From the human T2T-CHM13v2.0 reference genome, Homo sapiens, in the NCBI RefSeq assembly GCF_009914755.1, contig NC_060938.1: a stretch of 64,000 nucleotides of DNA; one strand, written 5' to 3'. Numbering within the stretch: the first letter of the stretch is position 1; each line of letters opens with the position of its first letter. The position numbers were made by a program, and so were the translations under genes. Under the pieces are notes generated by a model. The model had not been told where the DNA came from. It did not search any database and worked only from the letters and a program-made list of their open reading frames with translations. Below are positions 1 through 14,947 of the stretch, piece after piece.

Positions 1-3000
1 GTCACTTGGCTTCAATGGTCAAGCTCCTTACATGCCCTGTACACAGCTTGCCCAGCTCTCACTGCTATTTCGGAGCATTATTTTTGCTAGATTCTGGAAG
101 TCATCAGTTCCACCAGGAACAAAATATCAGGCCGAGGGGCCAATGCAGCCACTGACTGAGGACTGCAGATATTCAAGGCCCGTGTTCTGACTTGATGGGT
201 CTTAATATGCCAAAGAGAAATGGAAGAAGCTTCATTGCTTAGTTGGAAAATATTGAGAGACACGAGCTTTTGAAAATTTTGTATCACATAATTTCTTTAA
301 AGTTTTGCTTTCTTATTTGAAATATATTTATTCCTTGATGTCAAGTCAACCGCTCCATTTTAAACATTAGAGTAGAACTGAAAATTGATCCTTGCTTAAC
401 TTTTTCTTTATTCAAAAGAGCCTCATTGAATATTGTCAGAGAGTAGTTTTGAGAAGAGGCTATGAAACTGCAAGTCTTTCCAAGTTGACCTTTCTGGTGA
501 AGCGGTGATCTGATGTCACCAGATAAGAGTAAAACAGTTTATGCTTTGTGCTTTTAAAATGGGTTATAAACAACATGAGTTTGACTTTATTAAATTAACT
601 TTTCTTTTCTAACAAACACCATCTGTTTAAGCTTGGCAAGTCTTCCACAGGAAAAAATTTAAAAAATATGTATCCTGAAATAGAAAAGAGAGTATAACTT
701 TTTCCTTCTTAATTGACCCTGGTAATTTACTAAGGTTAGGTTATGCCAATTCAGAAATAGCTTGTAAGTTTGCAGAACTAATTTAGTTATTTAGTACAAA
801 AGTTGGTAAAGATTTAGAAACTTTATTTGGAAAGCCATTTCATGTCCATTATATTATTTAATTTTCCCAACGAAGATGAAATATTAATGACTTTAGCATT
901 CTACCCTCCCACTTTTAGACTAGCAAATAGAGGAAGAGATGTTGCAGCTTTTTTAAAGATGATATAGGGAGCAATGATAGAGGTGAGTCTTAAATTCAAA
1001 TTTTCTGGCTACCAATTCCATATTATCTCCATTCTACTACAGTTCCTAGGCAAGTGAAAATGACATGAGCTTTTCTGTACACCATAAAGATATGACCTTT
1101 AGTGACCTGGAATGCAGAGTTGGATTAAGAAATATTAGCTGCTCCACAACCAAGATCTGTGCAGCACTTTCTGCACTTCACTAAGGAACAGGTAGAAATG
1201 GTGAAAGGATAATGGCTGAGCAAACCGCCCTCAAATAGAAATTTGCTGAGACTACGTGATGGAAATAGTCCAACCATTTTGAAATGTTTTGACCAGTAGC
1301 CTGGATAATAACAATCACAAAAGAGTCAGCAAATGTAAAATCTGCAGCTGCTCAGGATTTTGATGAGATGACTTCTTTCAGCATCATCAATTATTGGAGA
1401 TGATCAGACTCCACTTCTGAGAGAAATGATGCTGAAACTAAATGAAATTAGGAGCAGGCAAAAGGGCAGTTCAGATGAAAGGAGCAATCCATAGTACGAT
1501 CATAATCTTGATGACTGCTTGCTTAATGTGTTTTACTTTGTAAACAGTATAAAGTAATCGTTGATGGCTTTGCCTGAGGTGCTTATGACAACAAAGTTAT
1601 ACCTGGCCAGAGTTCAATATTGCCAACATGGAGAGTTTTTGTCTCTGGGTCCAAAAAAATCTGAGGGAGATACAGGGAGAACCAACCTCAGGCCAGTGAT
1701 TCTGTACCTGTCTGTGATACATACTGGAAATCTGATTAGGGTAGGACTAAAAAACTCAAAGATCTATTGTCACCCAAACTGGCATTGTGCTGATTCCCAA
1801 TAACGTATTTTCAAATTAAAGCTCTTCCAATATTTGATGTTAAATGTTCCACTTGCCTTTCTGAGTGCTGCATCAGGAAGAATTGAAACATGATATATAG
1901 AAGGTCCTGGGTTCCCAGGATACGAAGCATTCATATCTTGGTTTTTTTTATGAGTTTGCTGAACATTCACAACTAGCTCTTTTTCTAATTCTCTAGAGCA
2001 TACATGAAGTAATCTTTCTTTAGGTCCTTTGCTCCTCTTTCCAAATTCCTGAATGAGCAACATAGAGACCTGTAATAGTGTCTAAAATAGCCCAAGAGGA
2101 AGTAAAATGGTTTATATGGGTACAATCTCAGCTTCAAGGACAAAAGTATATTAATTAATAGGAGCATATTTCAAAGTTCACTTCTAAAGCTTGCCATTTC
2201 ATTACTGTCTTGGCCAAAGTACAAAATGATGATGGTCTATATTATTTAACTACAATGAAATGGCCATAAAATGTTACTGATATTGAGAGAAAAGTAGATT
2301 AGCCTGTATTTTTTCCATCAGCTCCTTTGAAAGACAAAGTGCTACCATTTCTTCCTTTTTTCTGTCTAATCTCTGGTTCTTTTTTTTTTTTTTTTATTCC
2401 CATTCCTCCTCCTTTTTCTTCTTTACTCCATCCCCTCATCGTTCTACCTTCTTCTCTAGTTTCACCTCTCTGGACTTTCCTTTATTCTTTATATCTTTGT
2501 AACACTCACTATGTAGGATCTAGAAAATGAGATTTCATGTTTTTAAATAATTATTGTATCAACTGGGTAATAATCTCAAAAGAAAAGCACAGATAGAATG
2601 CAATGGATGTTCAGAGATGAGAGAGAAGTTCATTTTAGCTTAGTGGTGGGGAAAGGAAAGGTCAGTGTAGGTTTGATGGATGGAGATTCTCTAAATTGAG
2701 AGTTAGAATAAGGGTAAGATTTGGCCATGTGGGTACATCAGGACAGAGGAATTGCATGCACATAGGCATGGAAGTGGGAAAAAGATTTAATAGCAGCAAT
2801 TAAGTTTGTTCACATGAGCATGAAATAAATGGAAAGAATGGGAAATTAAAATATAAGGTAAGACACACACAATCAGATTAGGGTTTCGAATCCGACATGG
2901 AGTAATTTGAAATTTATTCATTAGGTAAGAGAATCTTGATTTTTCTTGGGAAGATCTGTTTTGTGTCTCATGAAGATTAACATGGCAGTGATGTTTGGGA

Positions 3001-3026
3001 TGGTTTGAAGGTGGCTTCTGTAATAG

Positions 3027-3771
<745 letters not shown>

Positions 3772-3820
3772 GTCATTGATAGGTTAATGAAGTACTCTTT
3801 TACGTTTATGCATTTTGAGT

Positions 3821-4208
3821 TGCATTTTGAGTTTCCTAAGAAGTAGTTTCAGTAATAAATATCAGCACACAGAGGTTTATTAGCGAGTGTTCTTGGGATC
3901 CGTACCTGTGGAAGGAAAGTGAAGAAAATATAATCAGGTGGAAAGAGAAATCTCAAAAAAAAACAAACACTCTGATCCTAATGGGAGCTCCAAAGCTGGT
4001 ATGGTTCTTCAGAATTGGGACAGTCCTTGAATATAAGCTGCCCCAGGAAGGGGCCATGCCCTTAGGCAAGGTGACTCTTCAGTGGCGATAACTCCTGAAA
4101 TAGCTTGACAGTTGAGTGCCGTCTAGCAATAATACTCCCCATAGCCAAAGCAATATTTCCCGTAGTCTTGCTGGGAAATTGGAAAAACACATCACGGTAT
4201 CCACTACA
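3821..4208 (-). mobile_element. LTR16-like ERVL solo LTR
   Basis: Reverse complement begins TGTAGTGGATACCGTGATG, like LTR16 5' ends; highly diverged. Confidence 0.55.
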
Positions 4209-4264
4209 ATGTTTCTTTTATCTCAGTGTTTAAGATATGTCCCAATATGGCCTTGACCGCTTCT

Positions 4265-4428
4265 CTCTCAGAGCACTTATCACACTCTATAGTTATTATA
4301 GAATTACTTTATCTTTGTAACTAGGAGGTAATCTTTGTGTGGGCCAGAATTTTATCCTACTCATTTTTGTCTTAATAGCATCTGGGACGGTAGGAAATAG
4401 GTGTTCAACAGACAATTTTGAATAAATT
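4265..4428 (+). mobile_element. L2 3' end fragment
   Basis: agcacttatcaca...taggtgttcaacagacaattttgaataaat resembles the L2 terminus. Confidence 0.55.
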
Positions 4429-5151
4429 TTTTTTAATTTGCTTTAATAAAATCTAACTTTCTCCAAATTTAGAATGATAGACCAAGTGTTTGTAAAATAG
4501 TGAAACTATGTAATGATGCTATATCTCAAATCAACCATGAGTGTTTCAAATAAAATACAGTGGAAATTTTTCCTTAAACAATGACTGATAGATTCCAACC
4601 CTTCTCTTTTGTGTCTGTATTCATTTGGGGCATGTGATAGGAGCAAATAGAAAATATCTGATTCAAAAACTGACGGCCACTTCAGTTTCTTTATGAATTA
4701 AAAACTCTTGTCTTGTTATAAAAAGCTATCTTTCCATTTTTAACCTTTTTAGGGGAAGTCTTAGTTTAATCAGGCTGTCCTGAATGTGCATTTGTGTCTA
4801 TCATGTGTTCCCTAATCTCTGACACTAGTATTATTTTGTAAAGTTACTAACCATTATTGCCAATGCATATGCATTTTTGTAAGACACTGCTAAATATTTA
4901 AGCATATTGAATAAATCTTCCATGTGTAAGGAAAGGCCAATGCTGGGAATTATTTGAAGATACAAATGAAAAGAAGATATGATGATGTACTCTAAAATTT
5001 ACTATATTGTTATAGCACTTTACAAAGTCTAATAAACTCCAGAATAAATATAAAGCAATGTATAATGAGTATCGAGTAATGCTGAATAATTAAGGATAAG
5101 AAGCATTAAAAGAAGGAATGATCAACATGAGGATAGTTTGTGGAGAATATG

Positions 5152-5685
5152 TGTGGTATTCTAAAATATGGCCTCAAAATTCTTTAATCTACCTGCAAAG
5201 AGAGATGAGGCCTATGCCTTCTCTCCTTGAGCCTGGGTGGCTTATGACTTTCTTGACCTAAGAGAGTACAGCTGATGTGACCACCAAGTGACATAGGAGG
5301 CTTGGTCAGAAAAGGTCATGCCGCTTCCACCTGGTTCCTTTGGAACACTAGCTCCGTGAAAGCTCACTTTCAGGAAATTTTCTATCAGAACCCAGACACC
5401 ATGCTGTGAGGAGCCCAAGCCATAGGTAGAGGGCATGTTACAGTGCTCCGTTCAACAGCCTCAACTGAGCCACACTTAAATGTGGAAGATGCCTTGGAAG
5501 TGATTCCTCTAAAACAGCTGTTAAAGCCCTGGATCATTTGAGTCCCAGACATTGTGAAGCAAAGGAGCCAGTCCTGTTGCGTACTTTCGTACCCACTGAT
5601 CTGACCCACTGATTTTGTAAGTTATGTTTGTTGTTTTCTGCCACAAAGTTTGGAGTGATTTGTTGAGCAGTAAAGATGAAGATTA
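5152..5685 (+). mobile_element. MLT1G/H-type MaLR solo LTR
   Basis: Motifs agaacccagacaccatgctgtgaggagcccaagcca and ccacaaagtttggagtgatttgtt. Confidence 0.8.
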
Positions 5686-8600
5686 AAAGGGCTTTTTGAA
5701 AAATTGCATTTAAAAAATTCTTAACTCTCATTGTATTCTTAAACTATTTAAGTTGCTTTAACTATTCTGGAAATGTCATACATTTTTAATTTCTGTTGTT
5801 CAGAGAAGAAAGTGACTATAATAGGGTAAGCTACTAAGGCACAATTTTCTCATACTAGTAGACAACAGAGGTGGCAGTTTTTATAATTAATTAAAAATGT
5901 AATTACATATTTTAGGAGGTTCTGCATGTCAGATATCATGTTATATGCATTATGTGAATTATTAATTTATTTTTTACTAAATTATATTCACCTAAATTCT
6001 TTAAGGGAGAAACTGTCATTATATTTTATACATGAATATAATGAGGTTTAAATATTACACGAGCAATTGGCCCAAGGACAGTCATTCTTTCCATTCAAAG
6101 AAAGTTGCGAAATGAATCTAGGTTGAGTTGACACCAAAATCTATAGTCTTAACTGCAATGAACTAGGGTTTTTATTCTTGAGATAGAGTAGAAAAATTTA
6201 CAAGGGGAAAATAGTATCAAATGGTTTTTGGCATAGTAGTTTCCTCTTCTGTATGGAAAATAATGAGTGTATCATAATATTGTAGTAACTTTTTACACAT
6301 TAATACAAAACTTGGTGCAAAAGATTCTGGCTTAGTCTGTCTACAATATTTAGAGGAAGAGGAGAGTATTGAGTTACTATATGTGCTGTATATAGTCAAG
6401 AAGACAATCTGAAAAGAGTTCACTCAAGCAGTTGCTCTTGAAAATAAAGATTTTCTCATAAAGTAAAATGAATTATTGTCCTTTCCCATTGCACTAAAAC
6501 TCTAATACGATGGTAACCAGAAAGCTGAAAAAATTCATTTCAAGTAGGTCCTGTTTTGTGGCTCTGGCCCCACAGATTGATTTTATATGCAGGTTTAGCA
6601 CTCGGCAGCTGCCAAAAGCCATCAGTGCAATAGCCCATTCAGAGGAAAACAAAATTTGAAAAGAGGTCAGCCAGCAAGGACATGCTGTAAAAGGCAAAGG
6701 ATAGATATGAAAAAGATCTGCTGGTCCATGATCTCAATCTGGACATTTACAATATCTTAGAATAGAAGAGAAGACGGGGAAAGGCTGGACAAGGGAAAGG
6801 TTGAAACATATGAAATAATGATCAGTTGCTCATTAAATCTTACGTATTTCCGTGAGAGTGGGACTAAAGATAACTAGCTGAAATTATTTCATTTCAAGTA
6901 AGAAATCCCATTTAGTGTGGATGTTGAGCCTGGGAACTAAATACATATGAGAGGTGATGAAACCCCATGATCATTTGAACATAGCCCTCTTTTAGAGATT
7001 GCTTGAGTCTGTGGGGTAGCAGGGAGCAGTAGATGATTGAGAGTTATCTGGGGACAATTTTAACACCTTTGTCTTGTGTAAAGGTATTATAAAGTTACGG
7101 TATTTAAGTGTTCAAGAATAATGAAGTACATGAGAGAATGTTGCGATCTTAACTTGGAATCTAACAGGGTGTTTACAACATGAATTATTAAATACAGCAT
7201 TCTTGGGTAGCTTTATATTTCCTGACTAACACAGCTTCTCAGGGTAACTCATCATGTAGCTTCAGAAAGGATCCTTTGGCTTTACAGAATTTGCTATGAG
7301 ATAAACGTCAATTTAGATGCAAGATTTTGAAAGAAAATGGAAATTTGAATACATATTATTTATACTTTTATTTCCATAAACCAGAGGAGTTTCCCCAACA
7401 TTGTTTTTATTTAACAAGTCATCAGTAATAGCTTTGAGAAGAAATAATTCATGTAACTGAAGTTCAAGACAATAGTGGACTTGACAGTATGTAACTGTGC
7501 TGAGTGCTGGTGTACTGGTCAGGGTAATGTGATGCTGGAACGGGGACCAATTTCTGCGACAGGTCTGATGTTTCACAATGTGGCTTCCTGGTTGTATACC
7601 TAAGTGGCATGAGTAAAGGGACTGTAGAACCTCTAATATGGCTTGTATCCCACCGTGCTCTGCAGGCTTCCAGCAAAGCTTGACAAAGCATGCTGTCTGC
7701 ACGCAGGTTCAGATGTGCTTAGAGACCTAAGTAGTGTGAACTCTGGAGTGACTCTATTGCAAAGTGGAGTGCAAGTTACAGATTTCCTTTTAGTGATTCC
7801 TTGTTTGAATTATTTTACAGTATCTATCTGCTTGATGCTAGCCAGTTCAAAATCAGCTTGAAGATCAGTCTAAGTTGTTCAAATGTTTGAATAAATATAG
7901 CATGTTAATTGAATAATCACAGTACTTTCTAAAGAAGGTGAACAATATGGATTTTGAGTGGTAAATAATGACTGGTACTGACTTTGAACAATAGACAATA
8001 CTTTCAAGGTGGTGGTGGGATATTGTAATAGGGAAGCCTCTAGCAAAAATATTGAGCTAAGTGCATTTTCTTTTTTAATTGCAATTTTATATCAAGGCAA
8101 GAGACATCAAAGGAACACATTCTAAGACTGAGTTTGTGTGCCTATCTGGATACTGGTAATGGTCCTTTTAAATATTTGACCACAGGTGGAACTGTTTTCC
8201 TTCAGAGCTTTCTTAATTTTAGTTTGGCAATAAGCAAAACAAAAATATGCTTGCCCAGTGTCTGACAACTCTGAGTTGATAAACTAAATGATTTCTTGTC
8301 TGTGATAATATTATAAATAATTGGAGTGTTAACCCCTATTCAACTGAACTGAAGTTATTTTAATGTAATATAACTTACTATGCACTATATTGTCAATGCA
8401 GCTATATTGTAGCATTGAACAAGGAACACATTTTTAACACCCTTATAGATTCTCTTTGGGAAGCCTTGAGTTCATAGGGACTCCATTTTAAGTAGTTATT
8501 TTAATCACTCCTTGTTTGTAGTCAGTGTTTTAGAAATAGAGCTCAATATTTGCTAAAACATTTAAGAGATCGTGATTCCCCTTAGAAATCTTTTCTTGTG

Positions 8601-11016
8601 TGTTAAAACTCTATAGGCAAGACACTTTTCTAAAAAATATTTGCCTGTAATTTCAGTCCTTTTATTTTATTCCCATAGAGAGAAAAATATGTTCACCATT
8701 TATACAAAATCATATACTTTATCTGAAGAGAGAATATACTTTCTTGGCTAAAAAAGCTGAGTTTGAGGTCTATTTCATAAAATTATTTCTCAACCCATGC
8801 ACACTTTTGCTTTCCATATTATTTGTTTTCATACTTAAATTATGAGATCCTTGACAAAATATATACTACTTAAAGGACTAATCAATATTAAGAATGTGTT
8901 TAGAAAATATACATTTAAAATTTATTTGCATGTGCACCCACATTTACATTCCTAAATGAAAAATACTAAAGCAGTCTCAGTCTTGAAGATAACTGTATGC
9001 TGACTAGGATTGTGGTAAAGAAATTCTATTGCAACATGGGGCAAGGGTTCACAACTCATGATTCAGGACCATCTGCTCACTTACAATTGTACATATTCAT
9101 TCTCTCTACATATATCTGTTCGTGCCATTCTTCTCTGCAGTGTTCTGGCAAATTTTTGTTTTTTGCCTGGACAAATCCCACCCAGACCAATGGGCTGCTC
9201 TCTAGTTCACTTCTTCCTAGGGTTCTTTTCTAATTACCAAAGCCTCTATTAAATCTCCCCTCCTCTGCAATTCTTTGTCACACCAGTAAGTCTTCAATAT
9301 ACAACATGTTATCTTGGGCTCTTAAGATGTTTATATGGTATAAATTTCCAAGTAAACTCTTAAACTGTTTGAGAGTTAAGAATATATCTAAAAGTTCTCT
9401 TGTATATTCACAGCAACTGAGCATAATGTTAAGCACACCTTGATAGATGCTTATAAACCCTTGTTGATTCAGTTACACAACCAATTGATAACCTGAGTCT
9501 CATGGTTAATTTTGCAGTTCAGTTTTGTGAGACAGAGAACATTATGGTCACTTTGAGTTTCAGGAACTCTTTGTCAGAATTTGAGTTCTAGGACTCCTTA
9601 AGACCAAGTTGAGTTAGGGTTTGGAGAACAGATTCTTTCAAGTTCGATTTGTTGCTCTCGATTTTTAACAAGAAAGCAAGCAAGAAAGCCAGCAAACAGG
9701 CAGACACACAAAAAAAACTGTTATTTTTTCAGGCTTTCATATTCTAATTCTCACTGAAAAATGTTAGCAGCCAAAACTTTCTAAGCAATTCTATAGAATA
9801 ATTTTTTAAATTCCATTATTAAATTAGCACCTGTGATCTTTGGGAATGATATTCTTTTTAATAAAATGAAAAGCTTACCCCCTAAATTCTTTTGCACCTT
9901 ATAATTGGAAGATTCTAAAGAATCATTATTGCTAGTTTAAAATCTTGGTGCCCAAAGAGTTCATGTGAAATAATTTGTTTGATTCATTTTTTCGGACTGC
10001 AGATAATTCATGTCTGAACAAAGCGTAAGTATTGCTTAAAGTCTGTCTATACAACTTCATTAATACTAGTTTAGAAATTTCTGGTACTTCATGTTTTGAT
10101 GACTGAATGTAAACTCTAGAAGGGCAGGGCTTTTAAGTTTTACACTGTTCCATTTCCATCGCTTAAACAATCCCGAACACAACACAAATATTTGCTTTAT
10201 GAATGTATTTATTTAAACTTTTTTGAAATTCCAATGATATTCTAACTTTGTGGTTTTGTTAGGCAAAGATAGAGCCAATGAATCTAGAGAGGGAATAACC
10301 TAACGTCCTCTCCTGTTTCAAGATGACCTTAAGATGATCTTTGGTATTATCTTTGATCAACTAATACTTTTAAAAATAATGTAATTTTTGAGGCTATTTT
10401 GAATCTCATAGAAATGTAATTTTACATTTTGTGTAAAAATTTGAATTTATTAGGTTTTTCTATGTTGGAGAGTGTAGTCTTCTACCAACTTTACTTTCTC
10501 TTTGTTAACACCTATACTGTTGACTGATGCCATTAAAGACCAACATATTGCCTAATAAAGGCCAGCATGCTCCAGATGTTGTTTTGAACAGTAATGAAAC
10601 AAGTAGGCAATTAACAAATATCTTCAATGTTTTTGGTAGAACTTGGTAGAACCTAGCAGCCAAGCTTTACCTTGTTCTTTTTCAAAATTAATGACTGTGC
10701 ATTTAAAAGATAATATATTTTTTCTTCTGCTTCAGACTTTTCTGAGCAGGGAATTCATTGCATCCAGAGGATAATTGTACAATGTCAATGGGAGGATAGC
10801 AATACTCCCCATATTCTCCATTACCCATTCTGCACAAGACATATCAAATAAAAAATGTACTCTAAGTAGAAAATGTGCACTTACTATGCAGCTACAGTTT
10901 CAAAGCATGTTTACTAAAATTCCTCTTGGAAATAGACTTCTTTGCCTAAGCTCTAGTTTAGAAATTATGAAGTTTCCCAGTGGGCATTATGTTCACGGAT
11001 AGTTCCGTCATTGATT

Positions 11017-11277
11017 TGTAATAATAATAATAATTAAATTCTTTGTGCTTTATGCAAAACAGCTAGCATAAGTGTTCATGTTTTAATTCTACGGTGGCCT
11101 TTAGAGATGTGTTATTTTTTCCATTTTTAATTGTGCAAGCCAAGGCTTAAAATGGTAAAGTAACTTGTGTTAGCTAATAGAATTATTGTGATATAACTGC
11201 TAGCTGGTATTGGAACCCAGTGTGTTTTACAATTAATCTGTGTGTTCCGCTCTTAACAGCAATACCATATTGCCTCT
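11017..11277 (-). mobile_element. MIR
   Basis: Antisense MIR core (ggtaaagtaacttg...ggtattggaacccag...gctcttaacagcaataccatattgcctc). Confidence 0.65.
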
Positions 11278-11829
11278 GTCTGCTCTTGGCAATTATTTTA
11301 CACATCACTAGCTGAGGAATGCAAAAGGAATATGTTGCTGAGTTTACTTGTTTGGAGAAGGAAATTTGATAGACAAAATTGCTAAAAGATAAGAGGCACT
11401 TAAAACTTTTATCTCTCTCTGAAAAAGAAAATTTGTGCAAGTTAAAATGAAAGGTGATTTTGCCTGGTAGCATAGATTTAAGAGATTTTAGAAATTGGGA
11501 AACACTATAGTCATCTATTCAGTCATTCAGTATGCAGATATTTTGAACACCTACTAGATGGCACCACTGAAAGTAGGCACTGAACATACAGTAGGATACG
11601 CTTGAAGTAAAGGTTTCTTTAGTGAAAATTATACAGAAATAATGTGACTCATCACAGATGAAAGTTGTAGGGACTGATGGAAACACCATATTAGAGATTT
11701 CATTGGAATTTTACACAATATTATGGAATTATGTATTGCTAATGAAGGACAACATATTAAATATATGTGATATCATTGAGCTTATGTCTTGCAGTATAAT
11801 ATCAATAAATGATTTGTTATGTGTATTTG

Positions 11830-13870
11830 TGTGTTTTCAGATTTTATGGCCAATCTTCACATTCAGCAATCTTGTTAAATTCATTTATTAATTCTAATAC
11901 CTTGCAGATTTGTCTGAATTTTAAAATATACACTCATGTTGCCTAAAATGGTGAGTTTTCAGCCTTAGATTTAAAATTCTTATAACTTTTATTCTTTTTT
12001 TGTGCTTCCACAGTGAATAGGGCATTCAGTGTTATGTTCAACTCAAGGAATAAAACAGATATCCTAGACTAATTTCTGATCTCAGAAGTAGAACTTTCAA
12101 TATCTCACCACTAGCTAAAATGTTTGTTGTGTGATATTTGTAGATACCACTCACCAAATCAAGAAAGTTTTTACCTATTTCTAGTTTGCAGAGATTTAGT
12201 CATGAGCTGTTTTTAATTTTATCAATGTTTCCCATGTCAGTTGCATTGATTTGGTTTTATATTTTGTATTTTTTTCTATATTTTATTAACATGAATGATG
12301 ACCAGCTATTGGTTTTACATACTTGGAACAAATTGAACTTGTTTGTGGTTTACTTTCTTATTTATTTTTCTGAATTCAATTAGCTAATATTCAAATTAGA
12401 ATTATTGCATCTGTGTTTATGAAGGAGCTTATGTTAAATTTCCTGGTATTGTTTAGTATCAAGAGTGTTATAACTTCATAGAAAGAGTTAGGAAGTGTTT
12501 TCACTCCTTATAAAACAGGTTGTGTAAGGCTGGTGTTATTTCTTTCTTACACATTTGCAGGAATTTTCTTGAAGCCATTCTCTGTCCCTGAAGATGTGTG
12601 TGTGTGCGTGTGTGTGTGTGTGTGTGTGTGATATAGGTGATAAATTACAAATTAATAACTTCAATAGCTGTATAATTATGCATTGGCAAATGTTATTCAG
12701 AATAACTTCTTACTCCTTTTTCATGTTTGCAAAACTTGTATTGATGTTCCTTATTAATTTTCAACATATGCAATATATTGTCTTCCTTTTTTCTTGTTTC
12801 TCTTTAATAGGGGTTTTTAAATTGTATTTTCAAAGAAACAACTTTTAAATTCGTTGATTTTTTTATTCAACATTTATTTTATATTTTATTGATTTCTTGA
12901 TTTTTTAATATTTTATTGATTTTATATTTTATTGATTCTTATTTTTAGAACTCTGACCATTCAATTAAAAAACATTTTTCTAGAATCTTGAGGTGAATGC
13001 TTGATCGATGATTTTCTGTCTTCTCTTCTAATCTATGCATTAAACTCTTTATCTTTGTATATGCTTAGCTTTAGTTGCATCTCTCCAAGTTTTGATATGT
13101 AATGCTTTCATTTCATTCAATTCATGTATTTCTAATTTTCATTATTAGATCTTTTTTGACTCATGGGTTACTTAGAAGCACGTTGCTTCATTTTTAAACA
13201 CTTAGGATTTTTATTTAATTATTTGTTATTGACTCCTACCTTAATTCTACTGAAGTCAGAGAACATGAACTTTATGATTGTAAAATTTTGCAGTTTTCTG
13301 AGAAAATATTGATAATCCAGCATATGGCTTATTTTGGTAAACCATCCATGTGCAGTTGTAAATAATGTGTACTATGGAGCTGATAGGTTTAATAATTTAT
13401 ATATGGTTAATCGGTTAAGTTTATGAATGTTGTAGCTCACATCACTTGTACCTGTAATAATGTTTTTGTTGGATTGCTCTGTCAGCTATGAAGATAGCAT
13501 GTTAGCATGTTAAAGCCTTTAAATACTTCTCTGTTCAGTTGTGTGATATTATGGAATTTTTCCTCCACCGTAGTGCCACTTCTTGCTTAAACTTCTGTGT
13601 TGCTTAATAAAGTATAAACTTAATTTTGATTATTATGCATGGCACATACTTTGCATCCTTTAACATTCACATTTTCTATGTTTTTATGTAGAAAGTATAA
13701 CTCTAGTACACAGCAAATAGTTAAATTTTTAAAAATCTATTCTGAAATTTTTGTGTTTTAATTAGATGACTTTGTATTTTCTAAAGTAATATATTTAAGT
13801 TTAAATCTAACTTCTTGCTATTTACTTACTGTCTAATATAGGTCATATCTCTTTTTTCCTCCTAATATTC
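11830..13870 (-). mobile_element. ancient L1M (ORF2 region) fragment
   Basis: T-rich strand with degenerate antisense ORF2 motifs (attattgcatctgtgtttatgaagg; ttctactgaagtcagagaaca). Confidence 0.7.
12595..12630. repeat. (TG)n microsatellite
   Basis: About 18 TG units with one CG interruption. Confidence 0.95.
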
Positions 13871-14421
13871 TTTCATACTTTTGACATTTCAGGAAATAGA
13901 CAAAAATACATTTTACAGTTTCAATCATGTTTATTTTCATACATATATTTCCATTATATTCATATACATTTTACATAGAAGACATAATTTTATGAAGACA
14001 TGCTTAAAAATGGTGAAAAAATTTTTAAGGTGAATAATGGGAATGAATTTCTATTTTTCTGAGATGTGGCAATAAAAGTTAATATTGTATTTAACTATGA
14101 TAAAATTATTTAAAGATTTATGCATAATCATTGTAGATGTTTTAAAAATACAAATAATTCCAAATAAAATCATAACTAATACATAGTTATGAAAGCTTCA
14201 ATCATCTATGTTGACACACAGACACACATACAGCAGAATGATCATAAGTATAATGTTGAGAGACTTGCTTTGTTTGCCTACAATATATTATTAATGCTTT
14301 TACCTGGCAATGTATGTATTAATAGTGCATTATTTAAAATTACTGCAGAAGTCTGAGTGTGTACTTTAAGGCATATCCTGATTATTTTAGATTAGAGGAG
14401 ATTCTGAGGATCAGTGAATAT

Positions 14422-14596
14422 AGAAATAATATGTCAATAGCAGTGGGTGAATTTCCTTCTCGGGAAGTTTTAAAAAATGAACACATTTTCGTTGCTTCTT
14501 GTCAATCAGTAAAGGTAATGGAGGTGAATTCTATGATTCTTTATATTTTGAAATAATGCTAGTGTTTCTGCAACTGAATATTATGGATTTATAAAT
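14422..14596 (+). repeat. ~175-bp direct repeat, copy 1
   Basis: Aligns end to end with 14773-14947; about 88% identity by hand count. Confidence 0.95.
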
Positions 14597-14598
14597 GT

Positions 14599-14765
14599 GG
14601 CTGGGCAAGGTGGCTCACACCTGTAGTCCCAGCTACTTGAGAGGCTGAGGAGGGAGGATTACTTGAGCTTGGAAGGCGGGGTTGCAGTGAGCAGAGATCA
14701 GGACACTGCACTCCAGCCTGGGCGACAAGAGTTAAACGGTCTCAGAAATAAAAAATAATAATACA
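14599..14765 (+). mobile_element. Alu monomer (FRAM / arm-recombined AluJ-like)
   Basis: ggctgggcaaggtggctcacacctgtagtcccagctac...gtctc plus A-rich tail; single arm only. Confidence 0.9.
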
Positions 14766-14772
14766 TTTTAAA

Positions 14773-14947
14773 AGAAATAATATGTCAATAATCGTGGATC
14801 AAATTACTTCTCAAGAAGTTTTAAAAAATGAACACATTTTTATTGCTTCTTATCAATCAGTAAAGATAATGGAGGTGGATTCTGTGATTCTTTATATTTT
14901 TGAAAAATGCTAATATTTCTGCAACTGAATATTATAGATTTATACAT
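14773..14947 (+). repeat. ~175-bp direct repeat, copy 2
   Basis: Starts right after the Alu A-rich tail and duplicates 14422-14596. Confidence 0.95.

Noticed and set aside
1361-1437. C/D snoRNA-like TGATGA...CTGA and a 12-bp inverted repeat (1376-1387 / 1426-1437)
   Set aside because: No proper terminal stem and no recognisable guide; such short motifs are expected by chance in 64 kb.
7313-7861. Overlapping 72-129 aa ORFs in unique DNA
   Set aside because: No recognisable domain or splice context; length within chance.
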